Part shown: positions 17,690 to 27,098 of the stretch, piece by piece
Layout of the letters: each line of letters opens with the position of its first letter
Numbering within the stretch: position 1 is the first letter of the stretch
Virus record (IMG/VR): IMGVR_UViG_3300031890_000032
Coordinates: 1-34,825 of that record
Origin: a virus
Lineage: Duplodnaviria > Caudoviricetes
Strand: one strand, 5' to 3'
Length of the DNA stretch: 34,825 nucleotides
Position numbers and translations under genes: made by a program
Notes under the pieces: model-generated
Database searches by the model: none
What the model was told of the DNA's origin: nothing
What the model saw: only the letters and a program-made list of their open reading frames with translations

Positions 17690-18879
17690 CCCGTTACCAA
17701 ACACGTAGCCGGCGTTGGCGGCGTGGCAGCAGCCACCGTGGACTGCACGGCATACGGCACCCATTCGGCACGCAGCGTGGCCCACACCACCTTGATGCCG
17801 TCGCTCTTATGGATAGGCCCTTCTGGGTCTTTCTTGAAACTGTACGTGTAGAACTCCGTACAGTAGATGCCATTGAAGTGGAAGATGCCTGGTGCAGCCT
17901 GCGACGCCTCATCAGGTTGCACCGCCGTGAACGCTTTAGGCAGGAACAGACACTCGAACGCCCAGGCGTTGCGCGAGATCTGCGGAAACGCCGCATGGTA
18001 CACCGGGAAGCACGTGCCCGCGCGCCCGCCGTACCAGAAGTGCCCGGTGGCAAAGCTGTCTGCCGGGTCGCCACGGCTGAGGCTGTACTTGCAGGCGATG
18101 TCAGGGCGCGCAGGGTCCTTCTGATCGAAACTCCCCTCGAACTGCACCTGCCCCGTGAACCACACCGCCTGCCCTGGCACCAACCAGAACGACCCTATGT
18201 TGCACGGCACCAGCAGACCCTCTTCGCTGTCGTACTCTGGGGCAATCATTATCGGCGCGTCTATGTTCACGTATTGCGCAATGCGCGGCAGCCACGGCGG
18301 CGTAGGTCGGCAGTCCCGCACGGCAGTGATCGCACCACTCACCACGCGCACCCAGGCCAGCGGCACCGCAGATGACCAGTCCATAGTCGTGACGGCTGCC
18401 ACCGTCTGCGCCGTTACCGCCACCCAATACGGGGTAGTAGGGTCGTACCGCGCATAGACAATGTACTCGCCGTCCGCCGGAAACGCCCCGACCGTGGTCA
18501 GCGTGGTCAGGTCGTTCAACTCGAGACGCATGCTGCCGTCCACGGTGCCCAGCGGTGCCGTACCGGCAGGGTTGGCCGGCGCGTACAGGTACCCGGCCGA
18601 CGGCGGATAGCTGGTGGTCCACTGGCTCAACGGCACACCCAGCTGCACCACCCCAGGCGAGAAGGTGACCGAGTTGCTGCCCGCAATAGCATGAAACCCG
18701 CCCAGCACCATGTTGGGACCGGCTGCGGCCCGTGCCCGAATGATCTCGCGCCGTGCATCGTACAGCGACGTACGGAACGCCGTGGCGTCTGGTGAGATGG
18801 GCTGCGCCGTGGTGGGAAACGGCGACGGCGGCACCGTGGTGATGCTGGGCAGCGGCACCGGAAAGTTCGGTGTGGTCAT
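17686..18879 (-). CDS. Minor tail/baseplate protein, paralogue 1 (397 aa)
   Basis: VTFSPG...YIVYARYD...VPLAWVRV..GAITAVRDCRP, a pattern typical of siphophage minor tail proteins. Confidence 0.75.
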   Translation of the reverse strand: MTTPNFPVPLPSITTVPPSPFPTTAQPISPDATAFRTSLYDARREIIRARAAAGPNMVLGGFHAIAGSNSVTFSPGVVQLGVPLSQWTTSYPPSAGYLYAPANPAGTAPLGTVDGSMRLELNDLTTLTTVGAFPADGEYIVYARYDPTTPYWVAVTAQTVAAVTTMDWSSAVPLAWVRVVSGAITAVRDCRPTPPWLPRIAQYVNIDAPIMIAPEYDSEEGLLVPCNIGSFWLVPGQAVWFTGQVQFEGSFDQKDPARPDIACKYSLSRGDPADSFATGHFWYGGRAGTCFPVYHAAFPQISRNAWAFECLFLPKAFTAVQPDEASQAAPGIFHFNGIYCTEFYTYSFKKDPEGPIHKSDGIKVVWATLRAEWVPYAVQSTVAAATPPTPATCLVTG

Positions 18880-19382
18880 GGCGCAAGCACGATGCTGATG
18901 GTCAGCGTATTGGCGCTACTCAGAGTCAGCACCGAGGGGAACACGTACCGGAACAGCGCGCTGCCCAGATTGGCCTGCTGGCTGGGGTACAGCGCCGCTT
19001 CCCAGATGTTGCCCGTCACCGGGGGGCTGGATAGGTCGGCTCCGCCACCGCCCGCACCGGGTATGGCCACGTCCAGCGTAAAGTCACTGCCGCTGGTGCT
19101 CCATGCCCCACGCACACGGGCCGGCGTGCCGTCGGGCAGCAGCACCGGGGCAACGCAGCCTGTGGTCACGGCGGGCTGCGTCACGGCGTTACTGGTGCCA
19201 ATCTCCACCCACTGGTAGATGGCGGGGCCTTTCTGCCCGGTGATCTGCGAGTGCACATCGTACACGCCGGCGTTCAGCTGGTCGTTGTGGCCATTGACGG
19301 CGTGCAGCACGCGGCCCGTGCGGGTGTCGATCAGCTGGATGGCCCAGCGCGTGGACCACAGCGTTAAGTGTGAGCGTTCCAT
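18876..19382 (-). CDS. Minor tail protein (168 aa)
   Basis: HN...NAG...EIGTS...IWEAALY...LFRYVF...LTISI pattern of small tail/baseplate beta-sandwich proteins; coupled to neighbours. Confidence 0.7.
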   Translation of the reverse strand: MERSHLTLWSTRWAIQLIDTRTGRVLHAVNGHNDQLNAGVYDVHSQITGQKGPAIYQWVEIGTSNAVTQPAVTTGCVAPVLLPDGTPARVRGAWSTSGSDFTLDVAIPGAGGGGADLSSPPVTGNIWEAALYPSQQANLGSALFRYVFPSVLTLSSANTLTISIVLAP

Positions 19383-20752
19383 GTGTCCGTATAGATGCTG
19401 AACCGGTCGCGCAGCACGAACGGTACCCGCTCGCCGATGGCCTGATTCTGCGACAGGGTGGCGTCTCGCCGTAGCTGCTCAGCAAAATACTGGTCCGGTG
19501 GCGGTGCATAGGCGAACTCCACCTGTGCCACCAGCTGGGCGTTCTTGTCCATGGTATAGCCCACCGATTCGATACGCTCCACGATCTCGGTGCCCAGCGC
19601 AGGGTCGATCACGCGTACCGCGCCCAGCGCGTGTGCCGGTCCGATGTAGCGGCGCGTGATAGCCTTGACATTACCCTTGGTCTGCGGTCGGCCCATCAGA
19701 CGCAGCCGCGCCGCGCCCCAGGCCCGCACGTCAGCCTCCTCGCTCCAAAACGGCGTGCTCACGCGAGCCATCAAGCGCCGGCCCCAGTAGTCGATCCATT
19801 CTTGGTCCGCTACCGTGAACAGCTGCGGCGGGTCGCCGGCCTTGGACCCCGGTGCCACTATGAGCAGCACGTTCTTCGAGGGTTCGATGGTGTCGGTCTG
19901 ATCCACGGACTCCACATCACTGCCAATCACAAACGACGCTTGTTCTTCGATTGGCAACCCTGGCGGCACGGCCAGTGGCGTGGCCACTGTCTCGTCTGAG
20001 TAGCGCGGGTGCGCGGCACCGTCGTTCCAGTTGCTGGGCTGCGGCGTCCAGCTGTCCACGCCGTACTGCGCCGTGCCGGTGGTCCACGGTTGCGGTGCAG
20101 TGAAGTAGAATCGGCGGTTCTCGTCCACGCCCCAGTTGTAGTTGCCCGCCAACTGCGCCAACTCGTTCAGCGCGTCGAGCAACGTCACCTTGTCCAGCTT
20201 CAAACCCATCGGGCGGTTCAGCGACGCGTGGATCAGATACGAGTCGGCCAGCGGGTGGGGCATGGCCGGGTCGGTGCCCAGCGCCAGCGGTGCCAGCAGA
20301 AACAAGGACCGCACCACACCGGCGATCTCGCCCACTTCGCCCGCTACCTTGAAGCCGGTACGCGCGTAGTTCCAGCTGATGGTGGCCAGCTTGGCCTGGT
20401 GCGCGTAGCCGCGCGCCTCCAACGTGATCGTCTCGGGCGTGTGCAACTTAGGCTGCACGGTTTCTACGTAGCCGGTCCAGTACCGCACTCCGCGGAAGTA
20501 CAGGTTCACGTGGTTGAAGAACCGAATGGCCCGGTTGGCATACCCCACGCCCCAAGCGTCCCAGGGCATGTGCAGCTCGGCCGTCAAAGTGTCGCATCCC
20601 AGGTTGCGCTTGAAGTCGAACTTCAGCTTGGTCAGGCGTCGGCGGCGCGGTCCCCAGCGTTCCACCAGCTGGTAGCGGCTGGCAGGGTCGGCGTTGGGCA
20701 GTACCGTGCTCACTTCGAGCACGTACTCTTCGGGGTTGTCGATGTCGCGCAT
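19364..20752 (-). CDS. Baseplate hub / Tal-like tail tip protein (~462 aa)
   Basis: Position after Dit; YWTGYV...LEARGY, LNELAQLAG.NWGVDENRRFYF, IDYWGRR motifs. Start is either ATG 20752 or GTG 20773. Confidence 0.75.
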   Translation of the reverse strand: MRDIDNPEEYVLEVSTVLPNADPASRYQLVERWGPRRRRLTKLKFDFKRNLGCDTLTAELHMPWDAWGVGYANRAIRFFNHVNLYFRGVRYWTGYVETVQPKLHTPETITLEARGYAHQAKLATISWNYARTGFKVAGEVGEIAGVVRSLFLLAPLALGTDPAMPHPLADSYLIHASLNRPMGLKLDKVTLLDALNELAQLAGNYNWGVDENRRFYFTAPQPWTTGTAQYGVDSWTPQPSNWNDGAAHPRYSDETVATPLAVPPGLPIEEQASFVIGSDVESVDQTDTIEPSKNVLLIVAPGSKAGDPPQLFTVADQEWIDYWGRRLMARVSTPFWSEEADVRAWGAARLRLMGRPQTKGNVKAITRRYIGPAHALGAVRVIDPALGTEIVERIESVGYTMDKNAQLVAQVEFAYAPPPDQYFAEQLRRDATLSQNQAIGERVPFVLRDRFSIYTDTWNAHT

Positions 20753-20754
20753 GG

Positions 20755-21147
20755 CTAGTTCAAGGTGCACCACACACTGCGGCGCGTTGCGGACGCACGC
20801 AGCAGCCGAGTGCGGATGTACATGGCGTCCAGGCTCAGCACGTCACACACGAACACGAACGATCCAACTTCGTGCGCATCGCTGTTGAACCACGCAGCAG
20901 CGTGCGCTCGGCTCTTGTAGTGCGCCGCGCGTGTGCGCAGGTTGGGCGTCCGGCCGCGCACGGCAGCAATGGCATCGGCCAGCACAGCGGCCCACAGCAT
21001 CTCCTCGGGGGTCACAGCGCGGTGGTCTCCTGAACGTGGTGGAGCCAGCGGGCCATCGTTCGACAGCCGCGACTCGTCTTCGATACGATACGTACACGCC
21101 CCAGCAAGCCGCATCTGCTCGACGCCGTCCTGGTACAACTTAGCCAT
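20755..21147 (-). CDS. Small helical hypothetical protein (E..LWAAVL.DA...A..WF.SD...SF..VC..L.LD..Y.R family)
   Basis: Motif of an uncharacterised family recalled from phages and Deltaproteobacteria/Binatia; inserted between Dit and hub. Confidence 0.75.
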   Translation of the reverse strand: MAKLYQDGVEQMRLAGACTYRIEDESRLSNDGPLAPPRSGDHRAVTPEEMLWAAVLADAIAAVRGRTPNLRTRAAHYKSRAHAAAWFNSDAHEVGSFVFVCDVLSLDAMYIRTRLLRASATRRSVWCTLN

Positions 21148-22090
21148 ACACGTCCACACCGAACTGGGCCAGGTCGTACATGCCAGGGGGCACGTTGCTG
21201 GGCACCACCAGGCTATCGTCCCACCACACGGCGCTGTGCGCTTGCAGCTGCGCCTGCAACACCGTGGCCCCCGGATTGCCGATGGGGCCGACGGTCAACG
21301 GCGACCCGTCGGGGTTGGAAAACGACAGCGTGTTGGACCCTGGAATCAAGATAGGAAACACACTACCCGGCTGCACGCGGCCCCATGCCGTTTTCGTGAG
21401 CGACGTCGGCACGCCGTACGATCCCAACGACGACTGGAAGACCGTCCACTGCCAACCGTGCAACACCAGCGGATCGGCGGGGTATGCCGGAATGGTAAAC
21501 GTGGCCACCGTGGCGTTCTGCACGTGGTACACGCGCACGGGCATCTCGGTGGTGGCGCTGCGCAGATACAGAAAGTAGTGCGCCGACGGTGCATTGCCGG
21601 TCATCGTCGCCGTGATGGTATTGCTCGACGCCGTGCCGTTCACCATTTGCAGCGCGTAGGCAAACGGATCTTCCACGGCGAAGTTCAGGTTTACTGCCCG
21701 CAGGTCTGGCCATCCCTCGGACTGCGTGACCTTGGCGCTTTCAAACAGCGCGTACTGAATCCAGCCGTTGCGGTAGTCGATGATGCAGCGCCGGTACTGC
21801 GCCAGAAACGCCAACATGGCCTGCAACGCGGCCAGGTACGTGACGTCGGTGTTAGCGGTAACGCCAAACGGAAGAGACCCGCCGTAGGTGCCAGACCCCA
21901 CGTAGCCGGTAAACACCACCTTCTTCTGCCCCATGTACGCCGTGTCCAGCGCACGGCTACCGTGGCCACGCGGCGTGTCAACCATACCCCAGTTGAAGCC
22001 GATATCGTGCTCGGCAACCCAGAACGACCGGTTGAGTACAAACCGCTGCGACCCGGAGGAGTCGTTGATGTAGTAGGGGATGCCTGCCAT
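21140..22090 (-). CDS. Distal tail (Dit)-like / phage tail family protein (316 aa)
   Basis: First tail-like gene after the tape measure; LNFAVEDPFAY, GNAPS, FPILIPGSNTLSF motifs. Confidence 0.8.
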   Translation of the reverse strand: MAGIPYYINDSSGSQRFVLNRSFWVAEHDIGFNWGMVDTPRGHGSRALDTAYMGQKKVVFTGYVGSGTYGGSLPFGVTANTDVTYLAALQAMLAFLAQYRRCIIDYRNGWIQYALFESAKVTQSEGWPDLRAVNLNFAVEDPFAYALQMVNGTASSNTITATMTGNAPSAHYFLYLRSATTEMPVRVYHVQNATVATFTIPAYPADPLVLHGWQWTVFQSSLGSYGVPTSLTKTAWGRVQPGSVFPILIPGSNTLSFSNPDGSPLTVGPIGNPGATVLQAQLQAHSAVWWDDSLVVPSNVPPGMYDLAQFGVDVYG

Positions 22091-22104
22091 AGCTAGTACC
22101 TACA

Positions 22105-22204
22105 GGGTGACGGATGGAGCCTTGGGAGTCTTCACCGTGTTGGGCGGCAAAAGTTGTCTCCCAAGGCCCACCCGCTCGACGGCAGTCGGAGACCCGCTGC
22201 CGTC
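22105..22204 (-). promoter_or_regulatory. Structured intergenic leader upstream of Dit (two hairpins)
   Basis: GACGGCAG 22178-22185 / CTGCCGTC 22197-22204; GCCTTGGGAG 22119-22128 / CTCCCAAGGC 22158-22167, extended by GGGTG/CACCC. Confidence 0.5.
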
Positions 22205-22685
22205 AAGGTTTCACCAGCGGCCCACGCGCTGCTACCGCTACCGGGAACCGCGTCTCTTGATCGTGCAGTTCTACTGTGGACTTGAGATGATGCTGTAACT
22301 CCGCCTGCGCCTTCAACATCATGTCGTATGCCTCGATGGTATCGGCGCTGTCCTTGCGCAGGGCGGTGTGGCGGTGCCGTTGGTAGTGCTCCACGGCAGC
22401 CGTTAGCGCGTGTGCCAGCACCACCGTCTTGTCATCCACGGGCTTGGCGCGCTGGAACAACAGGTTCACATCGCCGAACAGCTGGTCCGGCACGTTGGCT
22501 TCGACAGACACGCCACCCAGCGTCAGCGTCACGTAACACCAGTCGTCCTGCGTGGCCACAATGTTCACGCAGTGCACAGTGTGCAGCTTGTGTCCGTCCA
22601 GCTCCACTGTGCCAATGCCAAAGCCGTAGCTAGTGGGCGTGCCAACCGTGAGTTTCAGGTGATGCGGCTTCATCTCTGTGCTCAT
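22203..22685 (-). CDS. Hypothetical protein (~160 aa), start MSTEMKPHH
   Basis: ATGA overlap with the upstream stop at 22682-22685; the longer track ORF overlaps the upstream gene. Confidence 0.7.
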   Translation of the reverse strand: MSTEMKPHHLKLTVGTPTSYGFGIGTVELDGHKLHTVHCVNIVATQDDWCYVTLTLGGVSVEANVPDQLFGDVNLLFQRAKPVDDKTVVLAHALTAAVEHYQRHRHTALRKDSADTIEAYDMMLKAQAELQHHLKSTVELHDQETRFPVAVAARGPLVKP

Positions 22686-23656
22686 GGCAACACTCCTTGG
22701 GCGCGTTCGAGTACGGCCAGCGCCCCGGCGTCTACTTCGCCTAGTATGGCCTGCGCCACATACTGCCGCCCCACGGCACGGCGCACCAGCCGCCCCAACA
22801 GCGTGCGGGCCGCTGCGGGGGCGTCTACGGCCTCCAATGCGGCATGGGGCTGGTCGAGGTACACCGCACCAGTCGAGTCGCGTGTACGGGTCAGCAGGGC
22901 CGCAGCCAGGGGTACCCAGCTGCCACCCACCACGCGCCGCCGCCGTGCCCACACGCGGCGCACCCACGCGCCGTCCAACGTGGCCACGTAGTCGCCAGCG
23001 GCAAAGCCGGTGCAGTCCAGCGACCATACGGTGCTGGTAAGGTGCTCGGTGGCGCGCACAGTGTCTCGCAGTAGCTGGTGCCACAGGCGGGTGCTTGCCT
23101 CTAGAGACAACGGCGCGTCCGTGGTCTCGGTCTGCGCGGGCCAGCAGTACACCGTCAGCCCTTTGGCGGGGTACACATGCAGTTCGTGCAGGTCGTCACC
23201 ACGCCAGTCCTGCGCCCACTCCGTCGCCACCACGGGGCACAGCCGCTCGCACGGCGCAACCGGCACCAGATACTGCTCCACCACGGGCACTACCGTGTCG
23301 CCCAGGCGCTGGCGATCCCGCCGTAGGGCCAGCGCGGCGTGCTGCACGGCGTTGGCTGCGGTGCGCAGGTCTCGAGCCACGTTCACGGCGTACACAGCGG
23401 TGCCATACGGCGTAGTTACCGTGCAGCGGAACACCCACGCCTCCAGGCCCCACTTGACGCACCACAGCTCCACGGTGGCGGGGGCTCCGGCGTGCTGCGT
23501 GGCCACCAGGCGGTCTACGGCCTCGCGTGCGGCGCGCAGCGTGGGCGCACTGCCCAGCGTGTTGGAGTTGTAGCCAAGGGCCGGCATGGCCAGCTGCACG
23601 CCACCGCCCACACGGGTCCGCTCGGGGCCAACCAGAATGTCCATGCTAACGACCAA
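22682..23656 (-). CDS. Hypothetical protein (324 aa), possible atypical protein-kinase-like fold
   Basis: K.G...V...VNVA...VPV...EW...HE.H...W...AAGDYV motif series. The fold call is an inference. Confidence 0.65.
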   Translation of the reverse strand: MVVSMDILVGPERTRVGGGVQLAMPALGYNSNTLGSAPTLRAAREAVDRLVATQHAGAPATVELWCVKWGLEAWVFRCTVTTPYGTAVYAVNVARDLRTAANAVQHAALALRRDRQRLGDTVVPVVEQYLVPVAPCERLCPVVATEWAQDWRGDDLHELHVYPAKGLTVYCWPAQTETTDAPLSLEASTRLWHQLLRDTVRATEHLTSTVWSLDCTGFAAGDYVATLDGAWVRRVWARRRRVVGGSWVPLAAALLTRTRDSTGAVYLDQPHAALEAVDAPAAARTLLGRLVRRAVGRQYVAQAILGEVDAGALAVLERAQGVLP

Positions 23657-26600
23657 AGTGCGAGACGATTCCGCGCATCAGGTTGTTGCCGAACTCAGCG
23701 GCGTCGGTGCCAGGGGGCACGTTGACGGTGACGGCTCCGGGGTGCAGGTTGTACGTGGGCGACGCAATTTGCTGTACCACATTGCTCACCATCGCCGGCC
23801 CCACGCGCGACAACGCCGGCACCGGCACCGTAGTGGGCACGGTCTCAGCCAACACCCGGCCCACTATCGTCGGCGGTATGAGCCCACGGTTCAGGGCCAT
23901 AATGGCGTCGCGCCCACCCAGGTTGTGCGTGGCCTGCGGGTTCACGAGCCCTTCGCCTTCGTGCGCCACAATGGCGATGCCGCTGCGCCCCACCCGGTCC
24001 GTTGCGCCCACCGCACCTGGCGGGCGCGTCAGCGCCCCGTGCTCGAAGTACCCACCAGTCTGCCCAGTGCCCAGGATCTTGGTGCTGGCGGCAATCAAGC
24101 TGGCGAACAAGCCAATGATGAGGGACACGAACGACCCGACGGCACTGGCAAACTGCGCCATCTGTTCGCTGGCAATCATCATGAGTACCGCTACCACGCC
24201 AGAGATCGTGGTGATCACCGTGCCGATAATCGAGATGACCTTGCCCGCGTGGCCCTTGATCAGACTGCCAATGCCGATGAGAGCACCGCCCAGCGCCACA
24301 CCCACCATTGCAAACTTGGAGACAGTCTGCTGAAAGCCCGTCTGGCTGGTGGTCTTGATCTGCGTCAGTGGTTCGTGCAGCTTCTTGCCCATTGCGTTGA
24401 CGCTGTCGGTAATGCCGCCGCACGCATCCACCACGGCGGCCTGGCTCTTCTCGCTGCCACCGCCACCCCCGCTGGGCTCTGCCGACGGCGGAGGCGCAGG
24501 CGTCATGGCACCACCACCTTCGGCCGGGGTCATGGCCGCGCCGGCTGCCGCACGCTTGGCTTTGTCTTCGCCAGGGGCCGCGCCGGCCTCGGCGGCTTCT
24601 TGCGCTTCCTTGCCACCAAACAGGTCGGTCCAGATACCCTTGAAGAAGTCCACAATGCCGCCAAAGGCCCCGCCCAGCTTCTCGGGCAGCTCCTTGAAGT
24701 TGACCGTAGCCGGCTCGTCGAAGAACTTGATCTTGTTAAGGATCATGTCCTTAAACGTGGTGATCGCCGACTTGGCAAACGATTGCAGCATGCTGTGCCA
24801 CACCTGGCTCATCTTCTTGGTGCCGAGGATGATACCCTCGAACATATCCTCGATGGCGGTGCCGGCAATGTTCTTAAAGTCGATAACCGCACTGCGGCTC
24901 TTGTCAAGGCTTTGCTTAACTTCCCGAACCTGCTGCTCGCCTTGCTGTTTGGTCAGCTCGTCAACCTGGCTAACGTAATCCTTCTGTAATGCGATCTCCT
25001 GTTCCAACGACTGCTTTAGTATCTCGACACCTTGCTGGCTCACGCCATACGTGACCAGGCCCAGCTTCTGTGCTTCTTCCACGGCCAGTTGCGCATTGTC
25101 GCTGTTAGAATCCTTTAGCTTTTCCTGCAAGTCCAACAGGTCGTTGAGCCGTTTGGCTTCTTCCCCCATGCGGATGCGGCCATCAACTTCGGCCTTGCGG
25201 GTGGTGGCGTCCAACAGCGCCTGGTCGTCGTGCGCAGCCTTGGCGCGAGTGATGGCCAACGCCAACTCTTCTTGGTTGAGTTTGTCGAACTTCTTGGCCG
25301 CGTCCTCCGCGCTGTTGCTCAGCAGCTTCACGCCCTCAGAGATCTTGCTCTGCATGTTCTGCAGATTCTCGTTGGCAATGGCCAACGATTGCGCCTTCTC
25401 GATCTCGGCAGTGCTGGCACCCGCCAGCGCCAGCTTGGCCAGCTTCAGGTTGGTAGCGGCTTCGGTGCCGCCGAGCATCTTGGCGCGCTCTTCCTCCAGC
25501 GACTCGATCATTTTCTTGAGTTCGTCGTTGGCCTTGCCGGTCTCGCGCGCTACGCCTTTCAGCAGGTCGGCGTCTTTGTCTTCCTCATCGTCGGTAGCTT
25601 TCAGCGCCAGCTTCAGCCCGAACTGCGTGTTCAGGTACTTCTTGGTTTCCTCGGTGACTTCGCCGGTGTCGTCCTTCAAGTACGCTAGCTGCTCCCGGAT
25701 GTGCGCTGCCGCATCAGCAGCCTCCTGGCTACCGGGCGCAGCCCGCTTGTACATCTGCGTCAGCAGTTCGACGCTGTGCGCGGCGTGCGTGTGTGCCTCT
25801 GCCGTATTGTCGGCTTCCTGCTTGTTCTTCTCGAACGCCACGCCCGCCGACATCATGGCGTCGCCGAACCCGCCGAAGATCGTGTCTTTATCCCACGTCT
25901 CCTTCAGGATGCGCGCAAACTTCTGCTGGCCGCTCTCGAGATCTCCCTCCTTACCAACCGACTCTGTTGCTAGGCCGACGAATAGCTTGACGCCCCGGAT
26001 CAACCAGTCGATGCCTTTCAACACGCCGCCGATGATGAAGTTAAACGCCTCCAGCCCGTGCACCATGAAGTCGATAAACTCCGTGAACTGGCGCATCGAC
26101 AAACCGGAGTCTGTTAGCGCCGTGCCCATGGACTTCAGCCCATCGACGATACCCATCAGTTGTCGTACCAGCGTGTCGGCAAACTCGCGGATCTTTCCCT
26201 GGTTGTCTTTTAGGAATTTTAGAAACTCCGCCCGCAGCTGGATCAGCGCCTTCAGCAGCGGGTCAAAGGCCGGCGCGGCAATGGCCCCAATGAGGGTGAA
26301 CGTGGCTGCGCTCTGCTCCTTCAGAGTGTTCAGTTGCGTGGCCGCTTTGTCGGCACCTTCGATCAAGTTCTTAGAGAGCACCACGCCGGTGCTCTCCACG
26401 TACTGGTTCCAGGTCTGGTTGGCGTCGCCCAGCTCCTTGAACATATTGAGCATCAAGTGGCCTTGCCGGCCAAAGATGGCGAACGCCTCGGCGGTCTTCT
26501 TGGCACCGTCCGGCATCTTGTCGAACTTCTGCCGCACTTCCTCCATGACGTCGGCAGTGCTCTTGATGTAGCCTTGGGCGTTGATGACGTGAATGCCCAG

Positions 26601-27074
26601 GTCCTTGAACGCCTGCGCGGGGCCACGGCTACCGGTGCCCACCATGCTGTTGATGGCCATCGACAACCGCTGGAACATCTGCGTGCCGGCCCGTGCCCCA
26701 GCGCCCACCAGTTGCAGGCCCTGGTTGTACTCCTGCATCTTGGTGGTGCTGATGCCCAGCTGCTGGCTTTGCTCGACGATCTGCGCTGCAAAGTCTGCCG
26801 ACGCACCGACGGTCTTCTCAAAAATGCCTTGGGCCTGTTCGAATACGGCTCTGACGCCCTCGACGGCTTCCTTCACCGCAACATACGCAGCGCCAATCTG
26901 GGCTATAGCGGTGAGTTTCTTCGTGTCCTCCGCAGCTTGCTTTGACGCGGTGCCGATGCCCTGAATGGACTGCTCGATCTGCCCCAATATGCGGCGCGCA
27001 TCTGCGCCTTGGGACACCAGCTTCTCGAGGTTCAGCTCAACCCCGACTTCAAAAGTCCCAACCTGATCCGCCAC
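23646..27074 (-). CDS. Tail tape measure protein (1142 aa)
   Basis: Long Ala/Lys/Glu-rich helical protein after the chaperones. AFKDLGI...KTAEAFAIFGRQG core, hydrophobic segments near residues 915-990, C-terminal AHEGEGLVN...ALNRG motif. Confidence 0.93.
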   Translation of the reverse strand: MADQVGTFEVGVELNLEKLVSQGADARRILGQIEQSIQGIGTASKQAAEDTKKLTAIAQIGAAYVAVKEAVEGVRAVFEQAQGIFEKTVGASADFAAQIVEQSQQLGISTTKMQEYNQGLQLVGAGARAGTQMFQRLSMAINSMVGTGSRGPAQAFKDLGIHVINAQGYIKSTADVMEEVRQKFDKMPDGAKKTAEAFAIFGRQGHLMLNMFKELGDANQTWNQYVESTGVVLSKNLIEGADKAATQLNTLKEQSAATFTLIGAIAAPAFDPLLKALIQLRAEFLKFLKDNQGKIREFADTLVRQLMGIVDGLKSMGTALTDSGLSMRQFTEFIDFMVHGLEAFNFIIGGVLKGIDWLIRGVKLFVGLATESVGKEGDLESGQQKFARILKETWDKDTIFGGFGDAMMSAGVAFEKNKQEADNTAEAHTHAAHSVELLTQMYKRAAPGSQEAADAAAHIREQLAYLKDDTGEVTEETKKYLNTQFGLKLALKATDDEEDKDADLLKGVARETGKANDELKKMIESLEEERAKMLGGTEAATNLKLAKLALAGASTAEIEKAQSLAIANENLQNMQSKISEGVKLLSNSAEDAAKKFDKLNQEELALAITRAKAAHDDQALLDATTRKAEVDGRIRMGEEAKRLNDLLDLQEKLKDSNSDNAQLAVEEAQKLGLVTYGVSQQGVEILKQSLEQEIALQKDYVSQVDELTKQQGEQQVREVKQSLDKSRSAVIDFKNIAGTAIEDMFEGIILGTKKMSQVWHSMLQSFAKSAITTFKDMILNKIKFFDEPATVNFKELPEKLGGAFGGIVDFFKGIWTDLFGGKEAQEAAEAGAAPGEDKAKRAAAGAAMTPAEGGGAMTPAPPPSAEPSGGGGGSEKSQAAVVDACGGITDSVNAMGKKLHEPLTQIKTTSQTGFQQTVSKFAMVGVALGGALIGIGSLIKGHAGKVISIIGTVITTISGVVAVLMMIASEQMAQFASAVGSFVSLIIGLFASLIAASTKILGTGQTGGYFEHGALTRPPGAVGATDRVGRSGIAIVAHEGEGLVNPQATHNLGGRDAIMALNRGLIPPTIVGRVLAETVPTTVPVPALSRVGPAMVSNVVQQIASPTYNLHPGAVTVNVPPGTDAAEFGNNLMRGIVSHFGR

Positions 27075-27098
27075 GGGTTACCTCTCTTTGGGGGTGTC

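Noticed and set aside
23586-26964. Long plus-strand ORFs (467 aa, 506 aa etc.) opposite the tape measure
   Set aside because: Ser/Leu/Arg-rich antisense artefacts of a GC-rich coding strand.
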